Assembly: GCF_049723235.1 (NCBI RefSeq)
Contig: NZ_JBNARB010000002.1
Span: 115,535-179,534 of the forward strand
Reading direction: 5' to 3'
Length of the DNA: 64,000 nt
From: Thermovenabulum sp.
GTDB lineage: Bacteria; Bacillota; Thermosediminibacteria; Thermosediminibacterales; Thermosediminibacteraceae
How positions within the stretch are numbered: position 1 is the first letter of the stretch; every line of letters starts with the position of its first letter. The notes below the pieces were generated by a model. The model made no database searches and was not told where the DNA came from. It saw nothing but the letters and a program-made list of their open reading frames with translations. Of this stretch, positions 26,728-36,080 are shown piece after piece. The position numbers were made by a program, and so were the translations under genes.

Positions 26728-28355
26728 CGATCACCCTCCTCATTTGCCGGTAAACCTATAAATACCTTTGTCCCTCTTCCCAACTCACTTTCAATCCATA
26801 TATTTCCCCCATTCTCCTTTAAAAGCTTGTAACTAACCGAAAGCCCCAATCCGGTTCCCGCTTCTTTAGTCGTAAAAAAAGGATCAAATACTTTCTTAAT
26901 ATTATCCTCATCAATGCCAATTCCATTGTCTTCGAAAACCACAATTACTTTTTCATGATTATCTATAGCAGAAATTTGTAGCTTACCATCTTTTATGCTG
27001 CCTAAAGCTTCAATAGCATTCATAACTACGTTCATAAAAACTTGAAGTATTTGATTTCGGTCTACATAAACTTTTAAATTCGGATCTACAGTAGCAACAA
27101 CATTGATTTTTTTTCTCTTAAAAATAGGATCAAATAAAATTAGCATATTCTCGATTATTTCATATAAATTTTCATTTTTCCTCACCGGTTTTTGGGGCTT
27201 AGCGTAATCTAATAAGGAATTCAATAATGAATTTATCCTTTCTATTTCCCTCGGCAAAAAATAACTTATTTTTTCCCTGAATAAAGGGTTTTCATATTTT
27301 TCCGGCAGAAGTTCTACAAATGTCTTGATTGATGTAAGGGGAGTCCTGATTTCATGAGCAATACCCGCAACTAAATTCCCTAAGGCTTCCATTTTATCTT
27401 TAAATGCAATCTTTTCCATGAGTTTCTTCTCTATGTCCATCCGCCTTTTAACTTCCTTCTGAAGAAGGTAATTTAAATAAAACATAGCTGATGCAATTAC
27501 AAACATTAGACCAAAACCATACAACATTAAAATAGCCTGCTTTTTGTAATATTGCAGGGGATAATCCAGTGGCTTCCCAAACCATTTTTCATAAATCTTA
27601 TCGTAAATTCCATTCTTTTTTATCTCATATAGCCCTTTGTTGAAAATACTGAGCAGCTCTATATTTCCCTTCCTTACTGCAATAGCATACGCCTGTGGAT
27701 CTATCTCCTGACCAGCCAACTTTACCATATCTATTTTCCTTTTTTGTTGCAGTATATACTGCCCTACAAGTTTATTCCCCACCACTGCATCAACTTTTTT
27801 TGAAAAAAGCATCTCAAAAGCCTTTTCCTGATCTTCAACCATTATTAATTCATATAAGTTAGAATTTTGCAGTTTTTGAAAGGCTGCATCCCCTTCTTGA
27901 ACCGCTACTTTTTTCCCTACAAGATCCGTCATCCTCACCACAGGCGAATCCTTCAAAACGAAAACCGCTGAAACGTTCGTTATATAGCTATCCGAAAACT
28001 CATATTTCTTTGCTCGCTCTTCACTATATTTCATTCCCTGAATTGCATCTATCTTTCCTTCATCCAATGCCTTTATAGCATCAGCCCAAATCATGGGACG
28101 AAACTCAATTTCAATTCCGGTTTGCAATGCAATGGCCTTCATTATATCGACATTAAAGCCACGATACACCTTTTGGCCGTTTATATCTATCATAAACTCA
28201 TATGGAGGGAAATTTACATCCCCGCCAATGATATACACCCTTTTTTGCTCATCCGCCTTAGCAGTACAATCGCAAAAACATATTCCATATAATATAATAA
28301 ATATAAAAAGCAAACTAAAAAGAAAAAAGCTTTTAAATTTATATCCATCCACCAA
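26724..28355 (-). CDS. sensor histidine kinase with extracytoplasmic amino-acid-binding (SBP_bac_3-like) domain
   Basis: 543 aa. Signal/TM segment, ~230-aa solute-binding-like domain (PPYEF..., DAIQGM), TM segment, HEIRTPL H-box, GTGLGL G2 box. Confidence 0.85.
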   Translation of the reverse strand: MVDGYKFKSFFLFSLLFIFIILYGICFCDCTAKADEQKRVYIIGGDVNFPPYEFMIDINGQKVYRGFNVDIMKAIALQTGIEIEFRPMIWADAIKALDEGKIDAIQGMKYSEERAKKYEFSDSYITNVSAVFVLKDSPVVRMTDLVGKKVAVQEGDAAFQKLQNSNLYELIMVEDQEKAFEMLFSKKVDAVVGNKLVGQYILQQKRKIDMVKLAGQEIDPQAYAIAVRKGNIELLSIFNKGLYEIKKNGIYDKIYEKWFGKPLDYPLQYYKKQAILMLYGFGLMFVIASAMFYLNYLLQKEVKRRMDIEKKLMEKIAFKDKMEALGNLVAGIAHEIRTPLTSIKTFVELLPEKYENPLFREKISYFLPREIERINSLLNSLLDYAKPQKPVRKNENLYEIIENMLILFDPIFKRKKINVVATVDPNLKVYVDRNQILQVFMNVVMNAIEALGSIKDGKLQISAIDNHEKVIVVFEDNGIGIDEDNIKKVFDPFFTTKEAGTGLGLSVSYKLLKENGGNIWIESELGRGTKVFIGLPANEEGDR

Positions 28356-28460
28356 GATTCCTCCGTTATTGAGGGTTATATAATATATCTTCTATTTTTT
28401 CAAAAAGAATTCCTTCAAAAATTAAACAGAAGTTTTAGGTCGCGAGCATGCCACGCACAC

Positions 28461-28491
28461 AATAAAAATAGCCCGCTTTTATAGGCGGGCT
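28461..28491 (-). terminator. terminator of ortAB
   Basis: AGCCCGC-(8 nt)-GCGGGCT followed by AUUUUUAUU on the minus strand. Confidence 0.65.
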
Positions 28492-28551
28492 AAAGCTTAT
28501 ATTTATAAAATCCATTTAAAATTAAGTAAGAATAGAGCTTATTTACTTGAT

Positions 28552-29967
28552 CTATTTCACTTTTACACTAAATTCATTTAATATTTTTATAACATTTTCT
28601 TTTGTCCACTTTATATCCTCAGCTAAAAATTCCACATCTACTTCTTCTACTTCTTTTACATCATAGGTATTTACCGCATTTCTTATATAGGATTTCCTGA
28701 GCTCATTAAGGTCAATTTCCTTATATCCCATCTGCCCCAAGTTTTCGGGTATTACTATCGTCTTTCCCGGAATGTTTTCTACAGGGTTTCCAATTTTTAC
28801 TTCAATCCCGTTTTTTCTTGCAAAACTAAGCTGTGCAAGAGGATGCTTCCCTGCTCCTGTATATTCGGTCTCCTGCACTACGATAATTTGATCTTCATCC
28901 ATTTCTTTTGCTAAGGCAATTGCCGCAGCAAGCGAAGTATTGCCAGCAGGCCCTCTTTCCAACCCTTCCAATTGAGCTAAAAGTTCAGTAGTATAAAATA
29001 CCTCCCCTTGAGTTACCGTAACATATCTATCAAGATACCTTAAAGGCCTTGCCGCATTTCTCGGTACATCAGACCTATCGGGCCAAACGGCAAAAGGTAC
29101 GCCAAATCCCGTGTGCCCGGTGGTGAATGACTTTTTATTAAAATCATTATCGGATGCCATGTGAAGACCGGTCAAATCCACAGAAGCTCCTATAATCTTA
29201 GTATCCTTCGCTCCCGCTTTTAATACACCTCTTGCTGTCCCCGTTACATTACCTCCACCTGCATGGGTAATTACTACCGCATCGGGAAATTTTCCTTCCC
29301 TTTCTTTAATCTCAGCAGCAACCTCGTAACCTAAGGTTTCAATACCTGCTATACTGTAAGGCGTATATAGCGAAGCGTTAAAATACCCTGTTTCTTCAAG
29401 AAGGGTCAAGAATACATAAAAAAGCTCAGGCCCTACCGTAAGCTGAACAACTTCAGCACCGTATGCCTCGCATTTTCTCGCCTTCTCAAGAATTTCTGGC
29501 TGGCCCACTTTTCTAGAATCGTATACTTCTTGTACCACTATACATTTTATTCCCCTTTGGGCAGCCTGAGCTGCCACCGCAGCACCGTAATTTCCTGAAG
29601 TCGCAGCTATAACTCCTTTAAAACCTATCTTTTTAGCATGGTATACGGATAAAGATGCTCTCCTGTCTTTAAATGAACCCGAACAGTTTGCCGCTTCATC
29701 TTTTATAAAAATCCTTGCACCCTTACCTTTGGGAGCATATTTTCTCACAAGTGCGGTTAAATTTTTTAGTTCAAATAGTGGTGTTTTACCCACCTTGGTT
29801 TCCGATTGAATTTTTGCAATATCCTCGAGGTCATAAGGGACATTTTTCATCAGCCCTTCGTAGTCAAAGGAAAGTCTTCCATATTCTAATACTTTATAAT
29901 CTATACCTACCGATTTTTTCATTATTTCATTTTTTCTGCTCATTACAGCTTGATAAGATTTATTCAT
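28552..29967 (-). CDS. ortB: 2-amino-4-ketopentanoate thiolase beta subunit (PLP fold-type II)
   Basis: 471 aa. SGSFKDRRA PLP-lysine motif, TSGNYGAA. Size, and pairing with a ~100-aa OrtA-like gene that overlaps by 8 nt, fit the ornithine-fermentation thiolase. Confidence 0.7.
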   Translation of the reverse strand: MNKSYQAVMSRKNEIMKKSVGIDYKVLEYGRLSFDYEGLMKNVPYDLEDIAKIQSETKVGKTPLFELKNLTALVRKYAPKGKGARIFIKDEAANCSGSFKDRRASLSVYHAKKIGFKGVIAATSGNYGAAVAAQAAQRGIKCIVVQEVYDSRKVGQPEILEKARKCEAYGAEVVQLTVGPELFYVFLTLLEETGYFNASLYTPYSIAGIETLGYEVAAEIKEREGKFPDAVVITHAGGGNVTGTARGVLKAGAKDTKIIGASVDLTGLHMASDNDFNKKSFTTGHTGFGVPFAVWPDRSDVPRNAARPLRYLDRYVTVTQGEVFYTTELLAQLEGLERGPAGNTSLAAAIALAKEMDEDQIIVVQETEYTGAGKHPLAQLSFARKNGIEVKIGNPVENIPGKTIVIPENLGQMGYKEIDLNELRKSYIRNAVNTYDVKEVEEVDVEFLAEDIKWTKENVIKILNEFSVKVK

Positions 29968-30283
29968 TACATCCTGCCCCCTTTATAACCTCTGAAAGCT
30001 CCCTTTTTACATTGTATCCCGAGACCAAAAGCTCTTCCACACAATTTCCAAAATCGTGAATATGCCTTGGATTTATCTCTACAAGAGTTCCTTTCACAAT
30101 TCTATCCGTCAAAGTTTTTATCATCACTTCGTCGCCAATTTTAGCTCGTTCGTCGATCAAAAATCCTCTTACCCACATTTTGAGCGGAACCTTCTTAGTA
30201 TCCTCCGGCAGATGAGGTGCCCTCTCCTCAGGTGTCAAAACAGTATTTTCTATTTCTACCCACATCCCTTTTTTAGCCTCCAA
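29960..30283 (-). CDS. ortA: 2-amino-4-ketopentanoate thiolase alpha subunit
   Basis: 107 aa. KGMWVEI...LTPEERAPHLPEDTKKVPLKMWVRGFL...IGDEV matches my recollection of the OrtA family. TTG start with AAAGGAGGT 7 nt upstream. Confidence 0.65.
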   Translation of the reverse strand: MEAKKGMWVEIENTVLTPEERAPHLPEDTKKVPLKMWVRGFLIDERAKIGDEVMIKTLTDRIVKGTLVEINPRHIHDFGNCVEELLVSGYNVKRELSEVIKGAGCNE

Positions 30284-30363
30284 TTTTTTTACCTCCTTTG
30301 CAGAATTTTACAATTAGCGTATCTTAAAACCAAAGTTTAAGAAAATATAAAAAAATTTATCAG

Positions 30364-30392
30364 AAAAACTCTCCTCTCTATTAAGAGGAGAG
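30364..30392 (-). terminator. hairpin between nhaC and ortA (possibly a partial terminator)
   Basis: CTCTCCTC-(8 nt)-GAGGAGAG followed by UUUUUCUG on the minus strand. Confidence 0.55.
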
Positions 30393-30401
30393 CTTTTCTA
30401 T

Positions 30402-31853
30402 TTAAGCTGTTTTATAAACTTTATTTTCCTTTGCTTTTTCCATATTATCGTATCTTCCTATTCCGAGAATTATGCTTATAAACATTACAGCTAACATTGC
30501 GTAGGCATACAACACATATGGAGTTACATCTAACGCTGCAAGAGGATGTGCACTATCCCTTGCAAACCCTATTGTAAATATAACAGCCGGCGTCCACGGT
30601 AATGAGTAAACCAGTGTACAGGAAGTAGCATCAAGAAGGTTTGCCGTTCTATAAGGACTTATACCATATTTTTGTGAAAGAGGTTTAGCAAAAGATGCAC
30701 CTACTGCAAGTATGGCCGGGGCATTAAGTCCCATAAGTGAAGATAGTATAATTACCATTATTGATATAACTATTTCAGTGCCAACCGGCCCTTTTGCGAC
30801 CTTTTCAAGAGCATTGAGAAGTTTTACGTCACCATGGCCTGCTCTCATAATGGCTATGGAACCAAAGAGTAGAAGTGCAAGTATGCTAACCTGAATCATG
30901 CTGTTAATACCCGTATAAATAACTCCGCCCACCGTTCTGTCAAGACCGGAGCCTGTAACCTTTATAAGAGCATCTTTAACTACATCTTGCCCCGGGTCAA
31001 TTTGTATAAAATCGATTAATCCTGCGGCAACTGCTGTAGCCCCTGCAATAACCGAACCTATAGTAGTAGCAATTATAATATCTCCTGTTTTTATTGCAAT
31101 CCATACCGTTATCGCAACGGGTATAAGCATGAATAATGTGTTGGGATTATATGAAATGTTCTGAACCGCTCCCACTTGTCCTTGTCCGGAATATCCCATA
31201 CCGATTATTATTATACCTATTATTGTTAAGATTCCTGCTGCAGCAGCATATTTAAAACGCGAACGCACTACACCAGGAACATCGACTCCCTGGGATGTTG
31301 CCGAACATATTGTTGTGTCTGATACGGGAGCTAAGTTGTCACCAAAGGCTCCACCGGAAACTATTGCCCCTGCTAATAAGCCCGGATGCGCACCAAGAGC
31401 AATTCCTGCAGGATAAAGGACCCCCATTCCTGCCGCTATAGTACCAAATCCAGTACCGGATGCTGTTGCAAATAATGCAGAAGCTATAAAGGATATAACT
31501 ATAAAAAGTGTACCGCTGATACCCATTGAAGCAGCAAGGCCTGCAATTCCAGCTGCTAAGCCTGAGGCTCTAAGTATCCTCGAAAATACACCGGCAAAAA
31601 TCCAGCATACAACCGGAATTATTGCTTCCTTGCTTGCCATACCGTTAATTATTGTCTCGGCATAAAGAAACTTGTCCTTTGCAAAGAAGAATGCTACCAC
31701 TAAAGCTGTGAAGGCAGGCACCCATAGAGCACCATCGGAAATTGAACCAAAAACAAAGGTTGTAAGAATAATTAATGCGATAAAAACGGCAAAGGGAAGA
31801 AAAGAGACCCACTCACCACCATAAAATTCCAGTTTTTTTGACCCGTTAGACAA
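30402..31853 (-). CDS. nhaC: NhaC-family Na+/H+ antiporter-like transporter (family also contains amino/organic-acid carriers)
   Basis: 483 aa, ~12 TM segments. GGAFGDNLAPVSDTTI matches the NhaC family signature. Confidence 0.75.
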   Translation of the reverse strand: MSNGSKKLEFYGGEWVSFLPFAVFIALIILTTFVFGSISDGALWVPAFTALVVAFFFAKDKFLYAETIINGMASKEAIIPVVCWIFAGVFSRILRASGLAAGIAGLAASMGISGTLFIVISFIASALFATASGTGFGTIAAGMGVLYPAGIALGAHPGLLAGAIVSGGAFGDNLAPVSDTTICSATSQGVDVPGVVRSRFKYAAAAGILTIIGIIIIGMGYSGQGQVGAVQNISYNPNTLFMLIPVAITVWIAIKTGDIIIATTIGSVIAGATAVAAGLIDFIQIDPGQDVVKDALIKVTGSGLDRTVGGVIYTGINSMIQVSILALLLFGSIAIMRAGHGDVKLLNALEKVAKGPVGTEIVISIMVIILSSLMGLNAPAILAVGASFAKPLSQKYGISPYRTANLLDATSCTLVYSLPWTPAVIFTIGFARDSAHPLAALDVTPYVLYAYAMLAVMFISIILGIGRYDNMEKAKENKVYKTA

Positions 31854-31896
31854 TTTTTAGTCCCTCCTTTTGTTTAATTTTTGTTAAATCCTATAA

Positions 31897-31912
31897 CGCA
31901 ATAAACATGCCA
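31897..31912 (-). promoter_or_regulatory. sigma54 (-24/-12) promoter of nhaC(-ortAB)
   Basis: The minus strand reads TGGCATG-TTTA-TTGCG, a near-perfect consensus with correct spacing, ~45 nt upstream of the nhaC ATG. Confidence 0.8.
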
Positions 31913-31941
31913 AAATAAAAAACCGCAAAAATGCGGTTTTT
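31913..31941 (-). terminator. terminator of the kinase/regulator operon 2
   Basis: AACCGCA-tttt-TGCGGTT followed by UUUUUUAUUUU on the minus strand. It directly abuts the -24 element. Confidence 0.65.
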
Positions 31942-31967
31942 CGGTTAAAATTAAATTTTATGAATAG

Positions 31968-32000
31968 GAAATATATTTCATACCATTGGAAATAAATTTC
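31968..32000. promoter_or_regulatory. two GAAAT-N2-ATTTC inverted repeats 21 bp apart, candidate enhancer sites for regulator 2
   Basis: GAAATATATTTC (31968-31979) and GAAATAAATTTC (31989-32000). They lie ~60-85 bp upstream of the -24 GG. Confidence 0.35.
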
Positions 32001-32007
32001 TCAAATC

Positions 32008-33366
32008 TTATTTTAAAGAAAACTTTTTTACTTTATTGAATACCTGCCTCCTGCTCAATCCCGAAAGCTTTGAAATTGCACTTAGATTCCCCTTTGTATA
32101 TTCATAAAGCCTTTTGAAATATTCCCTTTCAAAGTTTTCTTTTGCCTCTTCAAAGGTTAGTATCTCTTTTTTCTCATCAAAATCTTTTATTTTATTTTGG
32201 TTTTTACTTTGAATGCATCTTAATATATCATCTCTTGAAACATTTTCTTCACATAAAATAAATATCCGCTCAATTATATTTTTTAATTCCCGTATGTTTC
32301 CCGGATACTCATAATTCATTAATATGTCAAGTACATCGCTACTAAAATCTAAAACTTTATTCATTTTCCTTGAAAATTTATCTATAAAAAAATTTATCAA
32401 ATTTGGCAGGTCATTTTTTCTTTCCCTTAGCGGAGGTAAATGCATAGATACGGTGTTTATACGATAATAAAAATCGAGCCTGAAATCCCCTTCTTCTATT
32501 GCTTTTTCCAAATCTCTATTCGTAGCACTTATTAATCTGAAATCAATTTCCCTTTTTTTATTAGCCCCCAATCTCTCCACAGTTTTTGTTTCAAGAACCC
32601 TTAACAGCTTAACTTGAATTTCCTGATCCAATTCCCCTATTTCATCGATAAAAAGTGTTCCCCCATTGGCTTCTTCAATTTTTCCAGCTTTGCAGGCTAA
32701 AGCGCCGGTAAATGCCCCTTTTTCATAACCGAAAAGCTCGGATTCTAATAATGTCACAGGATAGGCCTTACAGTTTATGGGTACGAAAGGCGCTATACTT
32801 CTCTTACTCCTTTTATGAATATACTTTGCAATAACCTCCTTGCCTGTCCCCGATTCTCCTGTTATAAGTACGCTGCAGTCACTATTTGCCACCTTATCTA
32901 TAATATTATAAATTTCTATCATCTTGGGATCGGTGGTTTTTAAAAGGACATCATCCTCCGAAAGTCCGCTTTTAAGGGTAAAATTCTCCTCTTTTAACTC
33001 GTATATTTTTTTTGCTTTTTCAATTTCAGAAATCAATGACTCGGGATTCGAACTTTTAATATAATACGAAAAGGCACCCAGTTTTATTGCGTTAACGGCA
33101 TTTTCGATTGTACCGAATCCAGTTACAATTATTACCTCTACACTGTTTCCAAACCGGGATTTTACCTTTTTCAGAAATTCAATTCCATCCATTTCCGGCA
33201 TAACCAAATCCACCATTACCAGAGGATAATACTCATCATTCAAAATATCAATAGCTTCTATCGGAGAAGTTACACCCTTTACTTTATAACCTCTTTGCTT
33301 TAACAGCAAGGAATATACCTCTACAAATTCATTTTCATCATCTACAATAAGCACCTTAAATTCCAT
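32008..33366 (-). CDS. sigma54-dependent response regulator (NtrC family), second copy
   Basis: 452 aa. REC domain, GESGTGKE, GAFTGA, C-terminal HTH. Confidence 0.9.
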   Translation of the reverse strand: MEFKVLIVDDENEFVEVYSLLLKQRGYKVKGVTSPIEAIDILNDEYYPLVMVDLVMPEMDGIEFLKKVKSRFGNSVEVIIVTGFGTIENAVNAIKLGAFSYYIKSSNPESLISEIEKAKKIYELKEENFTLKSGLSEDDVLLKTTDPKMIEIYNIIDKVANSDCSVLITGESGTGKEVIAKYIHKRSKRSIAPFVPINCKAYPVTLLESELFGYEKGAFTGALACKAGKIEEANGGTLFIDEIGELDQEIQVKLLRVLETKTVERLGANKKREIDFRLISATNRDLEKAIEEGDFRLDFYYRINTVSMHLPPLRERKNDLPNLINFFIDKFSRKMNKVLDFSSDVLDILMNYEYPGNIRELKNIIERIFILCEENVSRDDILRCIQSKNQNKIKDFDEKKEILTFEEAKENFEREYFKRLYEYTKGNLSAISKLSGLSRRQVFNKVKKFSLK

Positions 33367-35389
33367 TTCTTATTTCCCTTCCCTTTGCCGGTATAAATAT
33401 TTCCACTTCAGTTCCTATATTCTCTTCGCTTTTTATAGTAATACTCCCGTTCAATTTTTTAATTTCAGTATAAGTAATAAAAAGCCCAAGCCCAGTCCCT
33501 TTCCCGGGAGATTTGGTAGTGAAAAAAGGGTTAAAAATATGTTCCATATGCTCCTTTTTGATCCCTTTACCTGTATCTTTTAAGTAAACTTTAAATCCAT
33601 TATCCACATCTTTAATTGCGATACTTATTGTTCCTCCCTTATCGCTCATTGCATCTACAGCATTCTTGATTATATTGGTCAATATATGATTTAAGCTGTC
33701 GGGATTCGTTAAATAATCATGTTTTGTTTCGTTATTAATTTCTACAATAATGTTATTTCTTTTTATATAAGTATAAAGCACCTCAAGGATATCCCTGATA
33801 AATTTTTCCAAATTTACAAATTCACAATTTTCTCCAGAAATACGGGAAAAGTTTAATAAATTGTTTACAATCCTATCTGCCCTTTGAACAGCTTTATTTA
33901 TTTCTTCTAAAGCTTTCTTAAATATCTCTTTATTAAAACCTGACTGCTCAAGTAAATATGTATAAGTACGGATTATACCCAGAGGATTTCTTATCTCATG
34001 CGCTACTCCCGCTGCCAGTTGCCCAACAGCCATCATCTTGTTTGCCTGTAAAAGTTGTATTTCATTCAATCTCCTTAAAGTAATATCATCGATAATAAAT
34101 AAAATTTTCTTCTTGTCCAAGTTTTCTTTAAGAAAATAGGTATTTAAAAGATAGATATAATCCCCTACCTTAATTTCATGATTTTTAACAGGCTCGTTTA
34201 TAGCCTTTATAAAAATACAGCTATCACAATTTTTTTTACATAAAAATGAAAGCGCATCACACAGTTTTATATTATTAAAATTGAAGTGAGGAAAAAAATT
34301 ATTTAAAACATATTCTTTAAATTTTTTATTCCCTTCTTTTATACTTAAATCCTCATCAACTACAAAAAGCATTTGTTCTATACCATCTATGATAGTCTTC
34401 AACTGATTCTTGCCATCTTCAATTTCTTTTGTTCGAATTTCTACCTCTTTTTTTAGGGAATAATTTAATAAACCCAAAAATAATACTATTATTGCAAAAA
34501 ATAACATTAAAAGTAAAACGAAGTTTTTTAGTCGGCTGTTCAAGTCTTTTCTAATTATAATGGTTGTTGAAAGCCCGAACCACTTTTGCTGTATTTTTTC
34601 CAAAACATTTTTCTGATTTATTTTTTCTATACCTTTGTTTAAAATAGAGACCAATTCAGGTTTATTTTTCGGCACTGCAAAAACTACGGGTTTCTCGTAC
34701 AAAGGAGTCTCCAAAATTTCAATATAATCAGAAAGTCTCATTTTATTTATAAAATAAAGTAAAACGGGTTCGTCCCCAGCAACCACTTCAACCTTTTTAT
34801 TAATAAGCAAATTTAAGGCTTCTCTTAAATCATTAACGAAGAATATCTTTGCATCCTTATAATTCTGATTAAAGTATTCGTTAGTATAATCTCCTTTTTG
34901 AAGCGCTATTTTCTTTCCTTCAATATCTTTTAAATCATTTATATTTGAATTTCTCAATACCGCAACGGTACCCCTTAAATTGTATATGGGCTTTGTAAAA
35001 AGATACTTTTTTGCTCGTTCCGGGCTTTCAAACATATCACACATATCTGTTTCGCCTTTTGACAATTTTTCCAGTGCAGTTGCCCAGACGAAAGGCTTAG
35101 TCTCTATATTTATGCCAAGTTCCAATGACAAAGCGTGAAGATAGTCCAAAACAAGGCCTTTATACTGTCCATCCTCTGTGTCAAGGTACCTCAGAGGAGG
35201 CGCATTTATATCAGCTCCGTAAATTATTTTTCCTTTATTCTTTAAATAATTCATTTCTTCCACGCTTAAATTATTGTATTCCCCACCTGTTATTTTCAGT
35301 ATCTGCCATATTAATACAGCAATTAAAAATATAAACAAAATTACATAAATATTGAGAACCTTTATTTTTGGCTTAAACATAATATCCAC
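33356..35389 (-). CDS. sensor histidine kinase with SBP_bac_3-like sensor domain, Cys-rich PAS-like linker, HisKA and HATPase
   Basis: 677 aa. Solute-binding-like domain (APPLRYLD...), TM segment, CDALSFLCKKNCDSC, HEIRNPL, GTGLGL. Confidence 0.85.
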   Translation of the reverse strand: MDIMFKPKIKVLNIYVILFIFLIAVLIWQILKITGGEYNNLSVEEMNYLKNKGKIIYGADINAPPLRYLDTEDGQYKGLVLDYLHALSLELGINIETKPFVWATALEKLSKGETDMCDMFESPERAKKYLFTKPIYNLRGTVAVLRNSNINDLKDIEGKKIALQKGDYTNEYFNQNYKDAKIFFVNDLREALNLLINKKVEVVAGDEPVLLYFINKMRLSDYIEILETPLYEKPVVFAVPKNKPELVSILNKGIEKINQKNVLEKIQQKWFGLSTTIIIRKDLNSRLKNFVLLLMLFFAIIVLFLGLLNYSLKKEVEIRTKEIEDGKNQLKTIIDGIEQMLFVVDEDLSIKEGNKKFKEYVLNNFFPHFNFNNIKLCDALSFLCKKNCDSCIFIKAINEPVKNHEIKVGDYIYLLNTYFLKENLDKKKILFIIDDITLRRLNEIQLLQANKMMAVGQLAAGVAHEIRNPLGIIRTYTYLLEQSGFNKEIFKKALEEINKAVQRADRIVNNLLNFSRISGENCEFVNLEKFIRDILEVLYTYIKRNNIIVEINNETKHDYLTNPDSLNHILTNIIKNAVDAMSDKGGTISIAIKDVDNGFKVYLKDTGKGIKKEHMEHIFNPFFTTKSPGKGTGLGLFITYTEIKKLNGSITIKSEENIGTEVEIFIPAKGREIRNGI

Positions 35390-35487
35390 CTTTATAAAAA
35401 AGTAACATCATATTTAATATTTTATCATATCTAAAAGCTATTATGTTGGGGTAATTGACAAAAAAAATATCCCCCGAGCAGTTATAA

Positions 35488-36080
35488 TGGAATTTAAGGT
35501 ATCTGAAGAAGTATAACTATCTAATCCTTAGAAAACGAAGATCAGTTTGTCCTTCTTGGGGGAAACGCTTCTATGAAAAATTGGATTTCCTACCCCGTTA
35601 TCATAGAATGACTAACCGCTCAGCTTCTTACATAATTCATGAATTAGCCAATGTTAACAGTATGTCTTTCGTCGCTTCTAAAGAAGCAGAAAGTTATTAC
35701 TTGCAAAGTATGATACCTTAGATGAAGATTCTAAAAGAAAGCTGATATTATGCTTCTTTACAATGATGAGTTAAGACAGGCACATATTTTAAAAGAACAG
35801 TTTTACAATATTTCTAATACTAAATCTTCTTCCGAAGCAAGAAAGCTCCTTAAGGATTGGATTAATTCTGCAATAAATAGTGGAATTTATGAGTATGTAA
35901 AATGTGCTAAAGTTTTATGCAATTGGTTCATCGAAATTGTTAATTCTTTAAATGTCCCTTACACTAATGGATTTGTTGAAGGATTCAATAATAAAATTAA
36001 AGTCATTAAAAGAAATGCTTTTGGTTTAAGAAATTTTGAAAGGTTTTAGGAACAGAATTCTTCTTTGTTGTAATAATTAA
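35488..36080 (+). pseudogene. ISL3-family transposase relic (N- and C-terminal pieces only; DDE core deleted, frameshifted)
   Basis: My translation of the N-terminal piece is ...LILRKRRSVCPSWGKRFYEKLDFLPRYHRMTNRSASYIIHEL... (zinc-finger/HTH part). The C-terminal piece is MLLYNDELRQAHILKEQF...TNGFVEGFNNKIKVIKRNAFGLRNFERF, with the tail RNRILLCCNN* in another frame. Confidence 0.75.

Noticed and set aside
28438-28453. TGGCATG motif upstream of kinase 1 as a third sigma54 promoter.
   Set aside because: The minus strand reads TGGCATGCTCGCGAC. The -12 position has CGAC instead of TTGC, so there is no GC at the required GG-N10-GC spacing.
30305-30333. Separate promoter for ortAB: sigma54-like TGGTTTTAAGATACGC and sigmaA-like TTGGTT-N17-TAAAAT.
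   Set aside because: The sigma54-like site has GG-N11-GC spacing, one base too long. The sigmaA-like pair would start transcription practically on the Shine-Dalgarno sequence. I therefore leave ortAB expression unresolved; read-through from nhaC is more likely.
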